DNA of 62,491 nucleotides, counting the filler. It is 14 parts of 14 records of this genome, joined end to end, with 100 filler letters (N's around TTAATTAATTAA, not from the genome) between each part and the next. Parts side by side here need not be neighbours in the genome. Positions count along the whole stretch, not along the records: positions 58,852 to 62,491 come from SRR15195285_10239; 13 more parts are not named here. One strand, written 5' to 3'. Below, in pieces: positions 59,044 to 62,491 of the stretch (position 1 is its first letter; each line of letters begins with the position of its first letter). A program made the translations under genes and the position numbers. The notes below the pieces were generated by a model. The model worked only from the letters and a program-made list of their open reading frames with translations. It made no database searches and was not told the origin of the DNA.

Positions 59044-61680
59044 CTAGTTTGCCAGGGTCGCTGCCTCGTCCCACAACCCGGCGAGTGCATCCTGCACCTC
59101 TCGTCGAACTTGCTCCAACACCCGCACATCAAGGGTATACGCAATATCGTTCGCTGGGCGTACGTGCGATAGACCTTGAATCACTTTCGAAACGCCACCT
59201 AGGGCCTTCTGAGCTGTTGCCATAACCTCGTTCTGCCGTCGATTGGCGCTCAGCTTGTTGAACCAGCTCGTTGGAGCCTGGTCGACGGCCCGCTTCAGCG
59301 CCAATAGGAGCTCATAATCTTGTAGGCCAAGCAAAGTTTGCTCCCACTGCAGCGTATCCAAAGGCGCTATGGAATTCGTGCCGTTGCGTCTTGGAGGTAG
59401 CAGCAACACGCCAGACTCGCCGTACAGCAGTGTCTTATTGAAACCCATGTCCGCCCGGAACATTCCACTGAAGTCAGAGCCAGAGCGCTTCCAGTCTGAC
59501 ACCGACCACCAACACAAGGCGCCGGAGAGCCGCTGTTGAAAGACCGCCCAGAAGAAAGTGCGCGTGCGAAGCAGCGGCTGTGACAGCAGATTAACGCCGT
59601 TGTTGTACAGCGTCAGCTGTATGCCTGCCGCTCGTGCTGCGGGGTAAAGACCCTTGTACCACTGAAAGGCATCAGAATGCATGTCCCAAACGCCTGGCGA
59701 GTACGCTGCAACAAGTTCAGGAGTCGGTACACCACCAGAGACACGTAGCCGGATCCGCACACCTGCTGTCTTTGCGACAGCTTTGATGTGGTTCGCGACG
59801 GCAGTAAGCGCATTGACGGTAGGTGAATCCATTGTTGGTTCGTCGAAAAACTTGATCAAACCACGATCACCAGCACCGTGCCTCTTCAAAATCGCAAAAC
59901 ACTGCAAAAGGAACGAGCTCGATGCTTTCTCGTAGCGAGTCGTCAGTCGAGCGTTCGTCTCATCAGTAAATATTGGCAGCCCTAACCATGTTGCGTTTGC
60001 TGCCACTCCGTGGTGTCCAGGCAAGTGAATGCCAGGAATCTTGAGCCACTGTCCTCCACTCGATCCAACAGTATCACCTTTGAACGGAGAATGCGCGACG
60101 ATGTAAGCAAGCTCCCGCTCGTAATCTGCAGATGAGACATTGACGGTATCATCTTGGTTGAGAACAACCGAGAGCTGCGTCATGTCGGGGCCGGTAAACA
60201 CACGGTGATCCCATAGGTTGCCGTAGTAAGCAGCAAAAGTCTGTTCATCAGGAGGGATTGGGCCGCTGTGCTGCCACAAGTTGCCGTAAATGTCAATGCT
60301 GGGCTGAATCGGAATTGCGATGGCGGGTGGCCCCACCTCCAGCTGAACTCGAAACGAGAGTATCAACGAAACTACATTGTCTTGCTCAGTGCTGTTCTCA
60401 GCCCGAGTTCTTCCTGTGGCAGAATTGTCTGGCAGCAGCAGTTTAACCGCTGTAGACATGTTGCCCTGCGGCGCGTCTGCAGGGACTGTGAGTTTGAACC
60501 AAAACGTGCGAACCGTCTCGAAAGCTGTATTGCGGTCAGTCACATTTGCTTGCTGCTGATCTGCGACTGAATCGTTGCTCGTGACGAGGTACTCAGGGGT
60601 GTTGCCGAGACGACCGTGCGGTGGGGTTCCAATTGTGAGCTCTATGTTCTTCACTTCGCGGACAGTCATCACTGAGCTAGGAAGAGAAAATCTGGGTGAA
60701 CCAGTGCGATCCAAATTGCACCCGCTGTTCCCATAGCCACACGGTGGCGCTGGTGGCGCCAGCCCCGACCATCGCCAGGCACCTGTGGTTGCATCCACGG
60801 CGCAAGATCCGTGTACAGCGACTTGGAAGGCGACGCGCTCGTTGCGCCCAGCGTAGAGATATACAGCCGGCTGCGCTATGGGCGCAACTATCTCACCTCG
60901 CTCTTCAATGCGGCCGTGCTGCCTTGTTTGGGAGATAGCTGCTTGGTGAACATCGTTGCTGTAGACTCTAGCCGACGAATGCGCATGCCATGCTGAGCAC
61001 ACCTTTGGTGATTGGGATGATGCGATCTTAGTTAGTGGAGACCGGGCCACGGTAGCGTTTGGCTGGAGAATTTCGCAGGAAAAAGACGCCACGTTGAGAC
61101 TAGCACCAACCCAGCTGACGTTCTGATGGGACTGCTTGCCAAAGGTGACGGACAGCGAAACGTTTCCATTTGCGCCAACAGGGACCATGAAGTCACCCAA
61201 CGTCATGAGCTGCCAGGTAGTGTCAACAGCAGCCACACGGCGTTCGACCGCGACGCTGCCCACCGATCCTACTGTGTTGGTAGCAACTCCATTGAGCTCG
61301 GCTGTGACTGTCAACGAATTCGTGCTGGAGGAGGTGTGCCGAAAGAAGCTGAGCCGAATGAGTTTGCCTTTCGACCTAGAGAGGTCCAAACTCGTTGTCC
61401 ATGTCCCTGTACCACCGAGGACCTGCAGACTGCCAGCGCTGCCATTGTGGACTAGCGACGGGTCCCAGCGCAGCTTTGCAGGGGCCTGACCGCCCACCTT
61501 GCCGGCCTTGCTCCCGGGGACCCACCCGTCAGAGCCAGACCCACCTGCACGCACCGGATTGACCAGCGCCCCACCGCAGGTCGTGTCGCCTGACGGAGCG
61601 GCCGTCGCTGATGATCCAGTTTCCACGGCCTTACCCAGCAAGGCGGCCATGAGAACCACCATGAGCGCTTGCGGCATCAT
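59044..61680 (-). CDS. Secreted DUF4091/GH123-like glycoside hydrolase with an N-terminal CBM-like domain, intronless
   Basis: Signal peptide MMPQALMVVLMAALLG; AGRNERVAFQV, FWFKLTVPADAPQG, FFDEP, GALCWW, GESGVLLLP and LQWEQTLLGLQDYELL. Confidence 0.75.
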   Translation of the reverse strand: MMPQALMVVLMAALLGKAVETGSSATAAPSGDTTCGGALVNPVRAGGSGSDGWVPGSKAGKVGGQAPAKLRWDPSLVHNGSAGSLQVLGGTGTWTTSLDLSRSKGKLIRLSFFRHTSSSTNSLTVTAELNGVATNTVGSVGSVAVERRVAAVDTTWQLMTLGDFMVPVGANGNVSLSVTFGKQSHQNVSWVGASLNVASFSCEILQPNATVARSPLTKIASSQSPKVCSAWHAHSSARVYSNDVHQAAISQTRQHGRIEERGEIVAPIAQPAVYLYAGRNERVAFQVAVHGSCAVDATTGAWRWSGLAPPAPPCGYGNSGCNLDRTGSPRFSLPSSVMTVREVKNIELTIGTPPHGRLGNTPEYLVTSNDSVADQQQANVTDRNTAFETVRTFWFKLTVPADAPQGNMSTAVKLLLPDNSATGRTRAENSTEQDNVVSLILSFRVQLEVGPPAIAIPIQPSIDIYGNLWQHSGPIPPDEQTFAAYYGNLWDHRVFTGPDMTQLSVVLNQDDTVNVSSADYERELAYIVAHSPFKGDTVGSSGGQWLKIPGIHLPGHHGVAANATWLGLPIFTDETNARLTTRYEKASSSFLLQCFAILKRHGAGDRGLIKFFDEPTMDSPTVNALTAVANHIKAVAKTAGVRIRLRVSGGVPTPELVAAYSPGVWDMHSDAFQWYKGLYPAARAAGIQLTLYNNGVNLLSQPLLRTRTFFWAVFQQRLSGALCWWSVSDWKRSGSDFSGMFRADMGFNKTLLYGESGVLLLPPRRNGTNSIAPLDTLQWEQTLLGLQDYELLLALKRAVDQAPTSWFNKLSANRRQNEVMATAQKALGGVSKVIQGLSHVRPANDIAYTLDVRVLEQVRREVQDALAGLWDEAATLAN

Positions 61681-62319
61681 CGCGGTAGGCGATCCGTCCG
61701 GCAAGTACTACACACTGGTTCCGGTTTGCCTGCTGTAGTATGGCTATCGTGTCTCTATCGACTCTACACGTACACCGCGGTATCCACTATCCCACAGCTG
61801 TAGGTGTAGCTAGTAGTAGCTAGGCGGATACCGTACACGTATTCGAATATAGGCTACATATATTATAGCCGCGCGTGCTCCCATGCACCGCGCGCGCGTG
61901 CCGCCACCGCGCGCGCGAGCGAGAGGGCAGCGGCGCGGCACCGGCGGCACTACGCGTAGAAACATTGAATATAGGATCCGCTACAAGCGCCGGAATGCAT
62001 TTTTAAAAAACATAAAACGGAAAGTAACACACTCTGAAAAGGCTGGCGCAAACACCCTGATGAAACTTTTGAAATGAGATCAACTTCATTTGAACTGGCG
62101 GCGCCCAGAATGCTCAGGTCGAGTCAGCAGTGCATCATCAGAACATGACATGAGGTCTGTAATTCTGAGTGCCGCCGGGCCACAGCGCGCAAACGATCTT
62201 CGATGTGTCGGTGGCAGTCAGAACGTCGAGCCCGAAAACTAGCGCACAGGCGCGAGGTAGATACCTTCGCCCGCGCTTGATGATCGTGGCCATTTGGACC
62301 TCCGCGCCTGCGTGCTTGA

Positions 62320-62469
62320 TCAGATAGTCTTGATGATGCACAGCGAGGAACGACAGCTGTGTTCTCCTATTGATGTGACTGAGTCAGGGATCTCCACAGC
62401 TGTCAGGGATGAGCAGCTGTTAAAGGCAGATTCCCCTATTGATGTCGAGCCCAAGTAGATGCGTGACAT
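62320..62469 (-). pseudogene. BspA-type LRR (LRR_5) fragment of about 1.5 repeats, in a 49-codon ORF below the track threshold
   Basis: MSRIYLGSTSIGESAFNSCSSLTAVEIPDSVTSIGEHSCRSSL..* matches the TSIGxxAFxxCxxLxxVxIPxSV consensus. Confidence 0.8.
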
Positions 62470-62491
62470 AGGGCATAAGGCCTTATGCCCT
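62462..62491 (-). repeat. Right terminal inverted repeat with a perfect 22-bp palindrome
   Basis: The reverse complement reads A-GGGCATAAGG-CCTTATGCCC-TA-TGTCACG, matching the left end with one gap and two mismatches. Confidence 0.9.

Noticed and set aside
62138-62341. 67-aa ORF as a continuation of the BspA fragment
   Set aside because: It is in a different frame and has no recognisable motif.
1-62491. rRNA, tRNA, transposase, integrase or viral hallmark genes
   Set aside because: None were recognised by eye; a covariance-model scan would be needed to exclude small RNAs.

Overview
This is eukaryotic, GC-rich, gene-dense DNA with short GT-AG introns (mostly about 70-110 nt). It is not one locus: 14 short contigs are joined by 13 identical artificial 100-nt spacers (N44-TTAATTAATTAA-N44), so adjacency across spacers means nothing. 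The gene content suggests a heterotrophic protist single-cell or metagenome assembly. The style is reminiscent of Picozoa-type assemblies, but that is an unverified impression. About 24 complete or partial genes were reconstructed by eye. Highlights: (1) a hidden Rdx-family (SelW/SelH/SelT-like) selenoprotein with an in-frame UGA in a YCxxU motif that the ORF track splits, with only non-canonical SECIS candidates downstream; (2) an innate-immune-like toolkit on separate contigs, namely a TIR-NB-ARC-TPR NLR followed in the same frame by an actin-like fragment, a beta-helix/Cys-rich/multi-TM receptor with a cytoplasmic TIR domain, and a related multi-TM receptor with five SH3b-like repeats; (3) unusual fusions, namely ARMET-C/TM/thioredoxin/thioredoxin reductase and SMYD-SET plus a Rossmann methyltransferase; (4) a 3.64-kb contig bounded by inverted hairpin termini that carries a DUF4091/GH123-like gene and a BspA-LRR fragment; (5) a PhyH-family enzyme with a halogenase-like HxG motif, a Notum/PAE pseudo-enzyme, and two genes with homopolymer frameshifts. 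All domain calls come from visual motif recognition, not database searches.
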